The notes beneath the pieces were generated by a model that did no database searches, was not told the origin of the DNA, and saw only the letters and a list, made by a program, of their open reading frames with translations. The translations under genes were made by a program, and so were the position numbers. Source: Chloroflexota bacterium (GTDB taxonomy: Bacteria; Chloroflexota; Dehalococcoidia; GIF9; AB-539-J10). From it: 57,641 nucleotides of DNA. The stretch is from positions 1-57,641 of the forward strand of contig JAYENW010000028.1 of assembly GCA_034722275.1 (NCBI GenBank), written 5' to 3'. The first letter of the stretch is position 1, and the number at the start of each line of letters is the position of its first letter. Below are positions 1-11,122 of the stretch, one piece after another.

Positions 1-2
1 TG

Positions 3-191
3 CTGTGTGAAACCATTTTCAAGCGCGTCTATATCAAGGGCAAAAAAATAGTAAAGACCGAACTTAACCCACCCTTTGCGCTTATCACCTCGGCGGGCAG
101 CGGTTCGGAATCCTTTCAATTTGGTAGGCCGTACAGGATTCGAACCCGCGACACCCTGATTAAAAGTCAGGTGCTCTACCAACTGAGCTAA
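3..191 (+). CDS. 3' end of a probable large serine recombinase (partial; begins left of the window)
   Basis: Frame 3 is open from base 3 and reads LCETIFKRVYIKGKKIVKTELNPPFALIT...GRPYRIRTRDTLIKSQVLYQLS*. The IFKRVYI...ELNPPF segment resembles large serine recombinase C-termini. The ORF continues antisense through tRNA-Lys. It is not in the ORF track. Confidence 0.55.
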   Translation: MCETIFKRVYIKGKKIVKTELNPPFALITSAGSGSESFQFGRPYRIRTRDTLIKSQVLYQLS

Positions 192-197
192 CGGCCC
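122..197 (-). tRNA. tRNA-Lys(TTT)
   Basis: Reverse complement GGGCCGTTAGCTCAGTTGGTAGAGCACCTGACTTTTAATCAGGGTGTCGCGGGTTCGAATCCTGTACGGCCTACCA folds as a cloverleaf; anticodon TTT; CCA encoded. Confidence 0.97.
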
Positions 198-230
198 ATG
201 ATTGTATAAAAATGAATGAATATGTATTTT

Positions 231-500
231 CTACTTTGTTAAGATATTGGAGAGATAACAAGCAAAAGCAGGATGAATATCACAAACAAAGCCACCATCT
301 ACTACTTCAACAGAGAAAGTTACTCGGTTTGGTTTTCTGAGGGGGTCACCAAATTTACCCAATCCTATTGCATCCCAGGGCATGTTGTGCCCCAGTATTT
401 CAAGGAAGCCTTTAACATCCCTTGGCTCCTCTAACATCACTTCAAAAGGAACATTATGAGACAATCTTTCTAGTTGCTCCGGGTTTAGCTTTATCCTCAT
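231..500 (-). CDS. Hypothetical protein, about 89 aa, probably leaderless
   Basis: The ORF track starts at TTG 536, but that TTG is part of a -35 box. ATG at 500 (MRIKLNPEQ...) lies 7 nt after TATAAT. No family recognised. Confidence 0.6.
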   Translation of the reverse strand: MRIKLNPEQLERLSHNVPFEVMLEEPRDVKGFLEILGHNMPWDAIGLGKFGDPLRKPNRVTFSVEVVDGGFVCDIHPAFACYLSNILTK

Positions 501-507
501 CGTTTCA

Positions 508-536
508 ATTATAGTTTTAGCAGGTAGCCATGTCAA
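508..536 (-). promoter_or_regulatory. Consensus sigma70 promoter TTGACA-N17-TATAAT
   Basis: Minus strand reads TTGACA tggctacctgctaaaac TATAAT (-35 at 536-531, -10 at 513-508). Confidence 0.8.
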
Positions 537-573
537 CTGATATGTAGCTAATATCTCTATGGCAAATCAATCA

Positions 574-2568
574 TCAGTTGATTGTTGATATTGGGGATAT
601 CGATTCCTCATCTTTTCTTAGCTCGATAATACGATCGCGAATCATAGCAGCTTTTTCAAATTCGAGATTCTTAGCCGCTTTCTTCATATCAGATTCAAGC
701 TCTTTGATAAGGTGAATGATTTCCTCCCTGGAAACCGGCGTGATTGTATAAGGAGCTTGAGTTTCGGCTATTGCTTGAATTCGCTCGGTTATATCTTTGA
801 TGGCTTTCTTTATTCCCTGAGGAGTGATACCATGCTCCCTATTATAAGCTTCCTGCGTTTTTCGGCGGCGGGAAGTTTCTTCTATCGCCTCTTGCATGGA
901 CTTGGTGATAGTATCGGCATACATTATGGCATGGGCGTTCACATGTCTGGCAGCACGTCCCATTGTTTGAATTAAAGCTTCGCTTGATCTCAGATAGCCT
1001 TCTTTGTCGGCATCTAGTATGGCTATCAGGCTGACCTCAGGTAAGTCCAGCCCTTCACGAAGCAAATTGATGCCTACAACTACGTCATAGACACCAAGAC
1101 GAAGGTCACGAAGTATTTCTACTCGTTCCAGTGTCTCCACCTCTGAATGAAGATAGTGAGTCTTTATCTCCATTTCCCTGAGATAATCGCTTAATTCCTC
1201 AGCCATTCTTTTAGTCAAAGTGGTCACAAGACAGCGTTCCCCTCTCTCAACACGAGGTTTTATCTCATGAATGAGGTCATCAATTTGTCCTCTTGTTGGC
1301 TTTATTTCTATAGTAGGCTCGAGTAATCCCGTCGGTCTGACTAATTGCTCTGCTATCTGCTCACTGTGCTCATACTCATATGGCTTTGGAGTAGCTGAGA
1401 CATAGATGACCTGGTTGATGCGCTCCCGAAATTCTTCGAAGTTTAACGGACGATTGTCCAGAGCCGAGGGGAGGCGAAAACCATAATCAATCAAGATTTG
1501 TTTTCGAGCAATATCACCGTGATACATCCCTCTTATCTGTGGCAGGGTCATATGCGATTCATCAATGAACAGCAGATAGTCTTGGGGGAAATAATTGAGC
1601 AAAGTCCAGGGTGTGCTCCCTGGGGCGCGTCGTTGCAGGTGACGCGAGTAATTTTCTACTCCGGTGCAGTAACCCACCTCTTGGAGCATTTCAATATCAT
1701 AGTTGGTTCGCGCTTCAAGCCTTTGAGCTTCGAGAAACTTATCCTGAGCCCTCAATTCTTGAATTCTTTCCCCCAACTCTTTTTTTATATCTTCAATCGC
1801 TGCCATGAGCTTATCGTAAGATGTGACGAAGTGCTTGGCGGGATAAATATCAATTTGGTCAAACTGGGAAAGCAATTCTCCTGTCTGAGGATCGATTTCT
1901 GTAATGCGGTCAATTTTATCTCCCCAGAATTCAATTCTGAGTGCTAGCTCTTCATAAGCTGGCTGAATTTCTAGAGTGTCGCCACGAATACGGAACTTCC
2001 CTCGGGTAAGCTCGAAATCGTTTCTCTCATATTGCATATCCACAAGGTGGCGAACTAAGCTATCCCGTCTAAATTTGCTGTTCTGTTTCACTGTAACAGC
2101 AAAACTGTGATATTCCTCAGGTGCTCCCAAACTGTAGATGCAGGAAACCGAGGCTACTATGATTACATCCCTGCGCTCAAAGAGAGCTCTGGTGGCGGCA
2201 TGACGGAGCTTGTCAATCTCCTCGTTTATTTCCGTTTCTTTCTCAATATAAGTGTCAGTGCTGGGAATATAAGCTTCTGGTTGGTAGTAATCATAGTAAC
2301 TGACGAAGTACTCCACCGCATTTTGGGGAAAAAATTCCTTGAACTCTGTAGCTAACTGAGCAGCTAGAGTCTTGTTATGGCAGATGACCAGTGTGGGTCT
2401 TTGCTCCTTCTCAATGATGTTGGCCATGGTGAAAGTTTTGCCACTGCCAGTGACACCCACCAGTGTCTGCTCTTGATAGCCCTTCTTTAATCCATTGACT
2501 GACTTGTCTACTGCCTGAGGCTGATCACCTGTGAGATGGAAATCAGAAACTATTGTGAATTGAGACAT
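574..2568 (-). CDS. uvrB: Excinuclease ABC subunit B
   Basis: [10 protein letters not shown] Walker [15 protein letters not shown] beta-hairpin, [22 protein letters not shown] and C-terminal UVR domain. Confidence 0.98.
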   Translation of the reverse strand: MSQFTIVSDFHLTGDQPQAVDKSVNGLKKGYQEQTLVGVTGSGKTFTMANIIEKEQRPTLVICHNKTLAAQLATEFKEFFPQNAVEYFVSYYDYYQPEAYIPSTDTYIEKETEINEEIDKLRHAATRALFERRDVIIVASVSCIYSLGAPEEYHSFAVTVKQNSKFRRDSLVRHLVDMQYERNDFELTRGKFRIRGDTLEIQPAYEELALRIEFWGDKIDRITEIDPQTGELLSQFDQIDIYPAKHFVTSYDKLMAAIEDIKKELGERIQELRAQDKFLEAQRLEARTNYDIEMLQEVGYCTGVENYSRHLQRRAPGSTPWTLLNYFPQDYLLFIDESHMTLPQIRGMYHGDIARKQILIDYGFRLPSALDNRPLNFEEFRERINQVIYVSATPKPYEYEHSEQIAEQLVRPTGLLEPTIEIKPTRGQIDDLIHEIKPRVERGERCLVTTLTKRMAEELSDYLREMEIKTHYLHSEVETLERVEILRDLRLGVYDVVVGINLLREGLDLPEVSLIAILDADKEGYLRSSEALIQTMGRAARHVNAHAIMYADTITKSMQEAIEETSRRRKTQEAYNREHGITPQGIKKAIKDITERIQAIAETQAPYTITPVSREEIIHLIKELESDMKKAAKNLEFEKAAMIRDRIIELRKDEESISPISTIN

Positions 2569-2611
2569 CGGAGCTCCTCGCTCACAGTAAAAAGCAGTCC
2601 CAGGCCCTTTT

Positions 2612-3193
2612 TCATCTCCCCGCCAATTGCTGTAGGGACATCTTAACCTTTTCCTCCAGGCTTAAGTCTCCAGAATCTGGGAGGCTGGAGATTGCTTGTG
2701 TAGCTTCCCTCAGAGAATATCCCAGGCTGGTTAGAGCAGCGACTACATCGCTGTCCTCTTGAGCTAGAGGCAAGCCTGACTCTTCCCAGCCACGTTTTAA
2801 CTTATCCTTCAATTCCATAGCAATGCGGTTGGCCATCTTTTTGCCTACGCTGGGCACCTGTTCCATAAGGTCAATATTGCCGCTGATAATAGCCATAGCC
2901 AGTTGCTCGGCACTGAGGTGTGAAAGTAATGACAAGGCTACTTTGGGTCCAACCCCTGAGACCGAAATAAGATTCTTAAATAAAGTTAGTTCCTCATTTG
3001 AGGTAAAGCCGTATAGAGAGATGTTATCCTCTTTTACATGTAGGAAGGTATAAAGGAAAATTTTATCATTAATAGCTGTTAATTGGCTTAAACTTGAGCT
3101 GGGGACATGTGCCTCAAAGCCAATACCTCCTACATTGATAATGACACAATCAACTCCTTTAAATTGGAGTGTCCCTTCTAAGGTAGCAATCAT
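2612..3193 (-). CDS. ruvA: Holliday junction DNA-binding protein RuvA
   Basis: MIATLEG start (ATG 3193), [14 protein letters not shown] helix-hairpin-helix, ALTSLGY domain III; directly follows ruvC. Confidence 0.95.
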   Translation of the reverse strand: MIATLEGTLQFKGVDCVIINVGGIGFEAHVPSSSLSQLTAINDKIFLYTFLHVKEDNISLYGFTSNEELTLFKNLISVSGVGPKVALSLLSHLSAEQLAMAIISGNIDLMEQVPSVGKKMANRIAMELKDKLKRGWEESGLPLAQEDSDVVAALTSLGYSLREATQAISSLPDSGDLSLEEKVKMSLQQLAGR

Positions 3194-3194
3194 A

Positions 3195-3689
3195 TTAGAC
3201 TCTATCACTTAACCATTGCTGAAAGCGATGTTCCTGGATGTGACAGATAGCTATAGCTAGAGCATCGGCAATATCACTGGGCTGCGGGAGCTGGGGAAGT
3301 TTAAGCTGCATCTTTACCATTTCCTGCATTTGCTGTTTATCGCTTCTTCCATAACCGGCTACTTGCTGCTTTACCTTGGCTGGTGAATAGTAATAAATGG
3401 GTAATCCTTGGCTCGCTGCCACCAAAATAGCTATAGCTTGTGCCCTGCCGATAGCGAATGCCGAGCGTACATTTGAACCAATAAAAGGTTCTTCAATAGC
3501 CACTTCATCTGGTCTATGCTTGTGAATAAGCTCACTTAATTCATTATATAAAGAGTAGAGCCGTTCTTCTATAGGAGTCCGTGGGGAGAAAATCAATACC
3601 CCGCAATCTACCATCTGCATTTCCTCTTCGCTGTCCACTATACCATAGCCTACTTTGGTAGTCCCGGGATCAATGCCAAGAATGCGCAT
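3195..3689 (-). CDS. ruvC: Crossover junction endodeoxyribonuclease RuvC
   Basis: MRILGIDPG, AIEEPF, VKQQVAGYGRSDK and DIADALAIAICH. Confidence 0.97.
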   Translation of the reverse strand: MRILGIDPGTTKVGYGIVDSEEEMQMVDCGVLIFSPRTPIEERLYSLYNELSELIHKHRPDEVAIEEPFIGSNVRSAFAIGRAQAIAILVAASQGLPIYYYSPAKVKQQVAGYGRSDKQQMQEMVKMQLKLPQLPQPSDIADALAIAICHIQEHRFQQWLSDRV

Positions 3690-3690
3690 A

Positions 3691-4443
3691 CTATGTCTGA
3701 CTGCGCAGCTTCTCCAAAGCAGTTTCAGAAAAGTCTATATTGGAAAATACGTGTTGTACATCATCCATCTCTTCAAGTCGGTCGATAAAATTCAAGGTCT
3801 GTATTGCCTTCTCGTCATCCAGCAATACTGTAGTCTTGGGGACTAAACTGAGTTCTGCAGAAATAACACACCTGTTTATGCTGATAGCTTGTCTTACTCT
3901 CTCCAGGTCTGCTGGGGTAGTATATATTTCGATATAATCTTTTTCTATCTTGACATCCTCAGCACCAGCATCAATAGCTTGCAATGCTGTCTCTTCGGCA
4001 TCTGAGCCAGCACTTTCTACACTGAGAACACCTCTGTTCTCGAATATCCAGGAGACGCAGCCATCTTCGCCCAAGTTACCCCCATAGTGTGTGAAAACAT
4101 GGCGTATGTCCTGAATAGTGCGGTTACGATTGTCACTCAAGGCCTGCACTAAAATCGCTACTCCGTTGGGGCCGTAGCCCTCCAGAGTTATTTCAGCCAG
4201 TTCCGGTCCTGCGGATCCACCACTACCACGCTTTATAGCTCTTTCTATGTTTTCTGAGGGCATATTGTTATCGTGGGCTTTCTGAATTGCCAGCTTTAAC
4301 CGAAAATTGTTCTCAGGGTCAGTTCCGCCCTCTCTCACTGCCACGATAATTTCTCGAGCAAGCTTGGTGAATAACTGCCCACGACGCGCATCGGTAACTC
4401 CTTTTTGGCGCTTAATTTGTGACCACTTGGAATGTCCTGACAT
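3691..4443 (-). CDS. yebC: YebC/PmpR family protein
   Basis: MSGHSKWSQIKRQKG, EGYGPNG, DNRNRT and DDVQHVFSN; canonical yebC-ruvC-ruvA order. Confidence 0.96.
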   Translation of the reverse strand: MSGHSKWSQIKRQKGVTDARRGQLFTKLAREIIVAVREGGTDPENNFRLKLAIQKAHDNNMPSENIERAIKRGSGGSAGPELAEITLEGYGPNGVAILVQALSDNRNRTIQDIRHVFTHYGGNLGEDGCVSWIFENRGVLSVESAGSDAEETALQAIDAGAEDVKIEKDYIEIYTTPADLERVRQAISINRCVISAELSLVPKTTVLLDDEKAIQTLNFIDRLEEMDDVQHVFSNIDFSETALEKLRSQT

Positions 4444-4561
4444 GTCACCTTCATATTTATTTTAACAAGGGAAACTTTGTCAGGCAAGTCGAGGCTACCC
4501 ATCAAATACGGAAGGCTCGTGAAATTTGGGAGGAGAAAGGAAATCAAATTTACAACTGATA

Positions 4562-6949
4562 TTAGGAATCGGTTGATGGCTCTTTCAAAGCGACTTCGAG
4601 TGCCTCATCAATGGTCTTGATGAATATGAATTGTAGCTCCTCTTTGACTTCTGAGGGAATCTCCTCCAGGTCCTTTTCATTTTCTTGAGGCAGGAGTATT
4701 TTCTTGAGTCCAGCACGATGAGCTGCCAGTACTTTATTCCTGATGCCACCAACGGGGAGCACTTTACCTCTTAATGTGATCTCGCCTGTCATGCCAATAT
4801 CCTTACCCACTGGATGTTTACTGAGAGCGGAAACCAGAGCCGCAGCCATGGTAATACCAGCGGAAGGGCCATCTTTAGGAATGGCACCGGCGGGAACGTG
4901 AATGTGGATGTCTGTTTTTTCGTAGAAATCCTTTGGTATAGCAGCAGTGTATTTGGCATGTACTTTCTCTTGTTGTCGAACTAATAGTGAACGCGCGTAG
5001 GTGAGAGCCGCCCGCGCCGATTCCTGCATAACATCGCCGAGCTTACCAGTAAGAATAAGGTTGCCCTTCCCGGGGACTAGAGTGGCTTCAACGAAGATAA
5101 TATCGCCTCCGGTTGGCGTCCAGGCTAATCCTGTAGTTACGCCAATCTCATCAGCTTTTTCTGCTAATTCGTAGTGGAATTTTTCTGAACCGAGGTAATC
5201 ATGAAGTTTATCTGGCATTACCATGATCGTTTCTTTGCTTCCTTCAGCTATACAGCGTGCTGTTTTGCGACAGATAGTTCCAATTTCTCGCTCTAAATTC
5301 CTGACGCCTGCTTCCCTGGTGTAGTTTCTTATAATGCCGAACACAGCTCCATCGCTAATATCAAGTTGCTCTGAGGTTAACCCATTTTCTTTCAATTGCT
5401 TGGGGATGAGAAATTTCTTGGATATGTGTAGCTTCTCATGCTCAGTATATCCTGGCAATTCAATTATCTCCATCCTGTCTCTCAAGGCTGGAGGTATGGG
5501 GTCAATGATGTTAGCTGTGGTGATGAATATCACCTTGGAGAGATCAAAGGGAACATCAAGGTAGTGGTCAACGAAAGAGAAATTCTGCTCGGGATCAAGG
5601 ACTTCGAGAAGAGCAGCGGTGGGGTCTCCTCTGAAATCCATGCCCATTTTATCGACCTCATCGAGCATAAATAGAGGGTTGTTTGAGCCTGCGCGGCGCA
5701 GGCCCTGGATAATCCTGCCAGGTAAAGCACCCACATAGGTACGTCGGTGTCCTCTGATGTCAGCTTCATCTCGAATGCCACCCAAAGATATGCGAACAAA
5801 CTTTCTCCCTAAAGCATGCGCGATAGATTGCCCCACAGATGTTTTGCCTGTGCCTGGAGGGCCAACAAAACATAAAATAGGTCCTTTCGTGTCTGGCTTG
5901 AGTTTTCGTACTGCCAGGTAATCCAGAATCCTCTCTTTTACCTTGTCCAAATCGTAATGATCCTCATCAAGGATATGAGATGCCTGAGTGACTTCCAAGT
6001 TGTCTTCAGTGTTTTTTGCCCAAGGGAGGTTGATGAACCAGTCAAGGTAGGTACGTGATACAGTGTATTCGGCAGATCCAGGTGGCATCTTGGCTAAACG
6101 ATCAAGCTCCCTCTCCGCTTCTTTACTCGCCTCGGAAGGTAGCTTTGCCTCAGCTATTTTCTCTTTTAATTCATTTATTTCTACCGTTCTCTCATCTGTT
6201 TCACCTAACTCCTTTTGTATGGCCTTCAGTTGCTCCCGGAGGAAAAACTCTCGTTGGGCTTTAGTCATATCTTCTTTAGTCTGGGCTTGGATTTTGCTGC
6301 CCAGTTCCAGTATTTCTAATTCGTGATTGACAAACGCGGTAAGCTTCTTAATTCGCTCGGTGACATCAATGGTCTCTAAGATCTCCTGACTTTCCTCGAA
6401 TTTGAGATTTATATGGGCAGCAATGAAATCAGCCAGGTTTCCCGGATCAGGTATGTTTAATACGGCAACACTTAGCTCGCTGGGAAGATTGGGTGCTAGT
6501 TCAATTACTTTTTGGAATAAGCCCATTAAATTTCTGGTAAGAGCTTCCAGTTCGGTAGTTTGCTCCACTTTGTCCTCAATTACCTCGGTCTTGGCTTTTA
6601 AGTAAGGCTCAGTCTGAGTAATTTTTTTCAACTTGATGCGTGAAAGCCCTCGCAAGTAGACGTGAATCGAGTTATCTGGTAGTTTAAGCATGCGGGCAAT
6701 GAGTGCAGCAGTGCCTATGAAATGAAGGTCAGTAACCTCTTGAGCCTCTGGCCGTGGAGCAAAAAAGCCAATTAACTTATCTCCAGCAGCAGTTTCATCT
6801 ATGAGTTTGATCATGTGTCCCTCCGCTATACCTAAAGGGACAATAAGAGAGGGATAAATCACTACTTCTCGCTGAGGGAGTATGGGCAATTCTTCAGGAA
6901 TGTGGAATTTCTCTGCTGTTTTTCCCTCTTTCTTTTTAGTAGTTAACAT
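4562..6949 (-). CDS. lon: ATP-dependent protease La (Lon)
   Basis: LON N-domain, [25 protein letters not shown] and PKDGPSAG catalytic Ser motif. Confidence 0.97.
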   Translation of the reverse strand: MLTTKKKEGKTAEKFHIPEELPILPQREVVIYPSLIVPLGIAEGHMIKLIDETAAGDKLIGFFAPRPEAQEVTDLHFIGTAALIARMLKLPDNSIHVYLRGLSRIKLKKITQTEPYLKAKTEVIEDKVEQTTELEALTRNLMGLFQKVIELAPNLPSELSVAVLNIPDPGNLADFIAAHINLKFEESQEILETIDVTERIKKLTAFVNHELEILELGSKIQAQTKEDMTKAQREFFLREQLKAIQKELGETDERTVEINELKEKIAEAKLPSEASKEAERELDRLAKMPPGSAEYTVSRTYLDWFINLPWAKNTEDNLEVTQASHILDEDHYDLDKVKERILDYLAVRKLKPDTKGPILCFVGPPGTGKTSVGQSIAHALGRKFVRISLGGIRDEADIRGHRRTYVGALPGRIIQGLRRAGSNNPLFMLDEVDKMGMDFRGDPTAALLEVLDPEQNFSFVDHYLDVPFDLSKVIFITTANIIDPIPPALRDRMEIIELPGYTEHEKLHISKKFLIPKQLKENGLTSEQLDISDGAVFGIIRNYTREAGVRNLEREIGTICRKTARCIAEGSKETIMVMPDKLHDYLGSEKFHYELAEKADEIGVTTGLAWTPTGGDIIFVEATLVPGKGNLILTGKLGDVMQESARAALTYARSLLVRQQEKVHAKYTAAIPKDFYEKTDIHIHVPAGAIPKDGPSAGITMAAALVSALSKHPVGKDIGMTGEITLRGKVLPVGGIRNKVLAAHRAGLKKILLPQENEKDLEEIPSEVKEELQFIFIKTIDEALEVALKEPSTDS

Positions 6950-7490
6950 TGTATCCTTTTTGTTGCTGGCTATTACGCCTGTTTATGAGCCTTTTGTTCT
7001 TTTGTTTGGACATGGTAATTTCCAGAAATCCACCTTCATAAAAAGCCTCAACTTGTTCTATATCCACATTCACTGGTAAGGCAATACCACGCTCAAAGGA
7101 TCCCCATAAAATTTCCATCTGAGAGTAAGTTCGCTTGATACCTTGTTTGATATCGCGCCGCTCACCTCTAATAGTGAGCATGTTATTCTCCACGAATACC
7201 TCGACCTCATCTTCTTTGATGCCAGCCAACTCAACTAGAACCACTACCGCATTCTCTGTTTCATACACATCTATGGATGGTTGCCAAGTTCGAGGAGAAA
7301 ACCGCACCGCAGGTGGCTTACGGCTAACCACTTCCTCCATCAGCCATTCCATTTCCCTTTGGATGTTAATGACCCACCTTTGTGAGTCTCGCTTTTGTTC
7401 GAGAGAAAAACCAGCATTATTTTTTTGAGATGGCTTGCTCGCAAATTCACCTGAATTTCCATCCCCAGATTTATGTAATCTGCTCATCAC
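6936..7490 (-). CDS. Hsp20/alpha-crystallin family small heat-shock protein
   Basis: WQPSIDVYET, LTIRGER, GSFER and GFLEI alpha-crystallin motifs; AAAGGAG RBS; overlaps the lon start. Confidence 0.9.
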   Translation of the reverse strand: MMSRLHKSGDGNSGEFASKPSQKNNAGFSLEQKRDSQRWVINIQREMEWLMEEVVSRKPPAVRFSPRTWQPSIDVYETENAVVVLVELAGIKEDEVEVFVENNMLTIRGERRDIKQGIKRTYSQMEILWGSFERGIALPVNVDIEQVEAFYEGGFLEITMSKQKNKRLINRRNSQQQKGYNVNY

Positions 7491-7631
7491 TTATCTCCTT
7501 TAGCGGAAGTAAATCTCCCTTACCATAAATATATCAAGCTCCACCTTTTCGCCTTAAACATAGTGATAACTAATTAGCTCATCCCAAAATTTCTGAAACG
7601 CCTTGTTGCATCGTGTTGACACCATTGTGCA

Positions 7632-10178
7632 TCAGTCAAAAGTAGCAAGGGAAGCTACTTCATCATCATTATCTAGCGCCATCAGATGCACTCCGCTACC
7701 ATTCCTACTTTGAACTGAAATCTGTTTTATAGGAGTGCCCAGAACGTTACCTTTCGCAGAAAGTATTATCAAAAAACTCTGCTGGGAAACAATTTTAAAT
7801 GTGGCTACATCGCCTGTTTTTTGACTAACCCTGCACGCTCGTACACCCTTACCGCCTCGATTATGAGTGGGATAATTCTTTACCGGCGTTAGCTTGCCAA
7901 AACCTCTATGAGTTATCGTGAGTACATAGCTAGGAGGGTAGCTATCCTTACCTCGACTCTCTTCCTTCAAGGAAGAAGAGACTTGCTTTGTTACCTCATC
8001 ATTCATTGTGTTGGAGATAACATCTACACCCACAACATAATCATCACTGAGGCGAATACCATGAACACCTCCGCTGTTTCGGGATGCACTCCTCAAATTT
8101 TTAACCTTGAATCTAAGGCTCTGCCCTTTTCGAGTTACCAGGATAGCCTCATCATTGTCAGTAACTATTCTAGCTGATACCACCAGATCATCATTTCTAA
8201 GTGTCATGGCTATAATTCCGTTTTTTCTGACTGAAGTGAATTTAGCTAGTGGAGTTTTCTTCACTGCCCCATTCTTGGTAGCGATTAGTAGAAACAGGTT
8301 ATTTGGGATGATAGGTTGAACAGAAATTTTCTCACCGTTGCCTATTTTTATAGCTCTCTCTTCCAGGGAAAGAGAGACTAATGCTGTTATTTTATCTTTT
8401 AAGTCAATAGGCAATAGATTAACCAAAGCCAAGCCTTTACCCCCTCGAGAGGACTCTGCGAAAAGTTTATAGCATTTAAGGGAGTAAACTTTACCTTTGT
8501 TGGTGAAAAACAATATATCATCGTGAGTATCAGCTATCAGTGTGTGGTTCGCTGTATCAGATTTGAGCCTCGTCATCCCCATAACGCCTTTGCCGCCACG
8601 GTGTTGTAGTCGATAAGCGTTAACGGAAATTCTCTTAATAAATCCTTGGGTAGTCAAAGTAATGAACATCTTTTCGTGTGGAATAAGGTCCTCTTGCCTG
8701 AACTCTGAGGCCTTCTCTTCACTTATCAGTGTATGGCGAGGGTCACTGTACTTAGATTTGATCTCTTTAACATCCTGCACAATGAGCTGTAGTATCTTAC
8801 CGGGGCTAGCTAGTAAATCTTCCAAATAAGAGATGTTTTTTATGATGTTGGTATATTCTTCGATTATCTTTTCTCGTTCCAAATGAGTTAAACGGCGCAG
8901 AGGTATATCAAGTATAGCTTGAGCTTGAACTGGAGTAAAATTAAAGGTGCGTATTAAATTATTGCGGGCGGCATCAACATTTTCAGAGTGTCGAATAATC
9001 TTAATCACCTCTTCCATATTATCCAGAGCGATCTTGAAACCTTCAAGGATATGAGCTCTATCTTTTGCCTTGCCCATTTCAAATCGAGACCTTCGCTGAA
9101 TAACTTCAGCGCGAAAATCAATGTAGCAGCTTAAGGCTTCCTTGAGACCGAGCAACTTGGGTTGGCCATTCACTAAAGCAACCATATTGATGAAAAAGGC
9201 AGACTGCATGGGAGTATTCTTATAAAGATTATTGAATACCTGTTTGGGATCTGTCTCTCTTTTAAGATCAATAACAATACGCATGCCTTCTCTATCTGAT
9301 TCATCGCGCACTTCAGCTATCCCAGTAATTTTTCTTTCTTTGACCAGATTGGCTATCCTTTCTACCAGTGATGACTTATTGACTTGGTAGGGAAGTTCAG
9401 TGATAATTATTTGTCGTCGGTTACCTTTTAAAATTACCTCACTGGCTTTAGCTTGAATTATAATTTTGCCTTGCCCTGTAGCATAAGCCGTTTCTATACC
9501 CTCTCGTCCTAAAATTGTCCCGCCAGTGGGAAAATCTGGGCCTTTGACAAATTCCATCAATTCTTCTGTGGTGGCTTGAGGATTATCGATTAGATAAATA
9601 ATAGCATCGCATATTTCCCCCAGATTGTGTGGTGGGATATTAGTTGCCATACCTACAGCTATACCAGCGGAGCCGTTGATTAACAGGTTAGGTACTCTTG
9701 CTGGTAAAACTGAAGGCTCCTTGAGTGAATCGTCAAAATTGGGGACAAAATCAACCGTGTTCTTATCAATATCAACTAACATTTCCTTGGTGATTTCAGC
9801 AAGGCGGGCTTCGGTATATCTCATTGCTGCCGGAGGGTCATTATCAATACTGCCGAAATTGCCCTGCCCCTCAACCAGAATATATCTGAGGGAAAAATCT
9901 TGAGCCATGCGCACCATAGCTTCGTATACTGGTGCATCTCCGTGAGGATGATATTTACCAAGAACTTCACCAACTATACGAGCACTTTTCTTGTAAGGAT
10001 TATTGTGATGTAGTCCTAATTCGTTCATGGCGTACAGAACGCGCCTCTGCACAGGTTTTAGACCATCGCGTGCATCCGGTAATGCTCGGGATATAATAAC
10101 GCTCATGGCATAATCGAGATAAGAGATTTTCATCTCCTCTTCGATATTAACAGGCTTTGTTACTCCGACTTCCATCAT
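7632..10178 (-). CDS. gyrA: DNA gyrase subunit A
   Basis: [32 protein letters not shown] (catalytic Tyr) and GyrA-box QHRGGKG. Confidence 0.96.
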   Translation of the reverse strand: MMEVGVTKPVNIEEEMKISYLDYAMSVIISRALPDARDGLKPVQRRVLYAMNELGLHHNNPYKKSARIVGEVLGKYHPHGDAPVYEAMVRMAQDFSLRYILVEGQGNFGSIDNDPPAAMRYTEARLAEITKEMLVDIDKNTVDFVPNFDDSLKEPSVLPARVPNLLINGSAGIAVGMATNIPPHNLGEICDAIIYLIDNPQATTEELMEFVKGPDFPTGGTILGREGIETAYATGQGKIIIQAKASEVILKGNRRQIIITELPYQVNKSSLVERIANLVKERKITGIAEVRDESDREGMRIVIDLKRETDPKQVFNNLYKNTPMQSAFFINMVALVNGQPKLLGLKEALSCYIDFRAEVIQRRSRFEMGKAKDRAHILEGFKIALDNMEEVIKIIRHSENVDAARNNLIRTFNFTPVQAQAILDIPLRRLTHLEREKIIEEYTNIIKNISYLEDLLASPGKILQLIVQDVKEIKSKYSDPRHTLISEEKASEFRQEDLIPHEKMFITLTTQGFIKRISVNAYRLQHRGGKGVMGMTRLKSDTANHTLIADTHDDILFFTNKGKVYSLKCYKLFAESSRGGKGLALVNLLPIDLKDKITALVSLSLEERAIKIGNGEKISVQPIIPNNLFLLIATKNGAVKKTPLAKFTSVRKNGIIAMTLRNDDLVVSARIVTDNDEAILVTRKGQSLRFKVKNLRSASRNSGGVHGIRLSDDYVVGVDVISNTMNDEVTKQVSSSLKEESRGKDSYPPSYVLTITHRGFGKLTPVKNYPTHNRGGKGVRACRVSQKTGDVATFKIVSQQSFLIILSAKGNVLGTPIKQISVQSRNGSGVHLMALDNDDEVASLATFD

Positions 10179-11029
10179 TAAATTTTCCTTTCATCCCTGG
10201 TTTCAGTACTTTCGTCAAGCATGGTGAAACCTTCTAATTCAGATTCTTCTTCATCTTTAGCATATTCAGCTTCTGTAGAGTTCTCGAATTCCTCTGTTTC
10301 GCCTTCTATGGCTTCAATGCTGCGTTTGATAACGCTCTCTCTGGCATAAGAGCGAAGGCCAGTAATATCTTTGATGGGGAAAGAAAGGTATCCTATCTGG
10401 CTTGGATGCTGATATATTTCTTTGATAATCAACTGCGCTCTATATGCTTCCACGTTCAAAACAGCTACATTGTATCTATTGCCGCCATTTATCAATTTGG
10501 TAAGTCGTACGGCATATTTGGTTTCCACTTCTCCCAGATATTCTCCCTCTTCATTTTCCACAAGTAAGTGCTGTTTTGCTACTTTTAACTGGACTTGATC
10601 GCCAGTGACCAACTTAGCCAGCACGGCGCTTGGAGCAAGGTTGCAAAGTTCTACTACTGCGGCTTTCCCTACCTCAGCTGCAAATAACTCCGGGACAATC
10701 CCTCGTGTCTTGCTAAATTGAGTATCAGTTCTTCTGGGGGCCTGAGGTAAGCCAGTTAGGCGCTCCAGATTCTTTTTAGCAATGACGTTGGTGGGAGCAA
10801 ATTCCAAAGTTTTTAAATAAGCTTCTCTAGCACCAGCAAAATCTCCTAGCTGTGTTAAGGTCCTGCCAAGACGATTGTAAGCTTCAGCATCTGTGGGAAA
10901 TCTTTCGATTATGTCTCTATTTATTATTTCAGCCTCTTCCCACCGGCCCTGAATTGCCAGTTCTATAGCGCTATGGCTCAACTGCCGATGTAGTCTAGCC
11001 CCGTTTTCTTCCTTATGATAAGGGAACAT
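10178..11029 (-). CDS. Tetratricopeptide repeat protein with acidic C-terminal tail
   Basis: TPR motifs ([22 protein letters not shown]...PTNVIA); stop overlaps the gyrA start (TAATG); ATG 11029 follows AGGTG. Confidence 0.8.
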   Translation of the reverse strand: MFPYHKEENGARLHRQLSHSAIELAIQGRWEEAEIINRDIIERFPTDAEAYNRLGRTLTQLGDFAGAREAYLKTLEFAPTNVIAKKNLERLTGLPQAPRRTDTQFSKTRGIVPELFAAEVGKAAVVELCNLAPSAVLAKLVTGDQVQLKVAKQHLLVENEEGEYLGEVETKYAVRLTKLINGGNRYNVAVLNVEAYRAQLIIKEIYQHPSQIGYLSFPIKDITGLRSYARESVIKRSIEAIEGETEEFENSTEAEYAKDEEESELEGFTMLDESTETRDERKI

Positions 11030-11122
11030 GCTAATCACCTGCTATCAATTATGACAAATTCTTTCTCCAAGATGTCAAAACCGGAGACCATTTCATCATT
11101 TTTTAGCGAAAGCTAAAAAAAG

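Noticed and set aside
2569-4561. LexA/SOS box upstream of uvrB or the yebC-ruv genes
   Set aside because: No GAAC-N4-GTTC-like palindrome was found in the intergenic segments.
4938-4990. Short insertion in the Lon protease domain ([16 protein letters not shown])
   Set aside because: It falls in a variable surface region, and nothing supports a function or a mobile origin.
7491-7631. CIRCE element upstream of hsp20-lon
   Set aside because: No TTAGCACTC-N9-GAGTGCTAA match.
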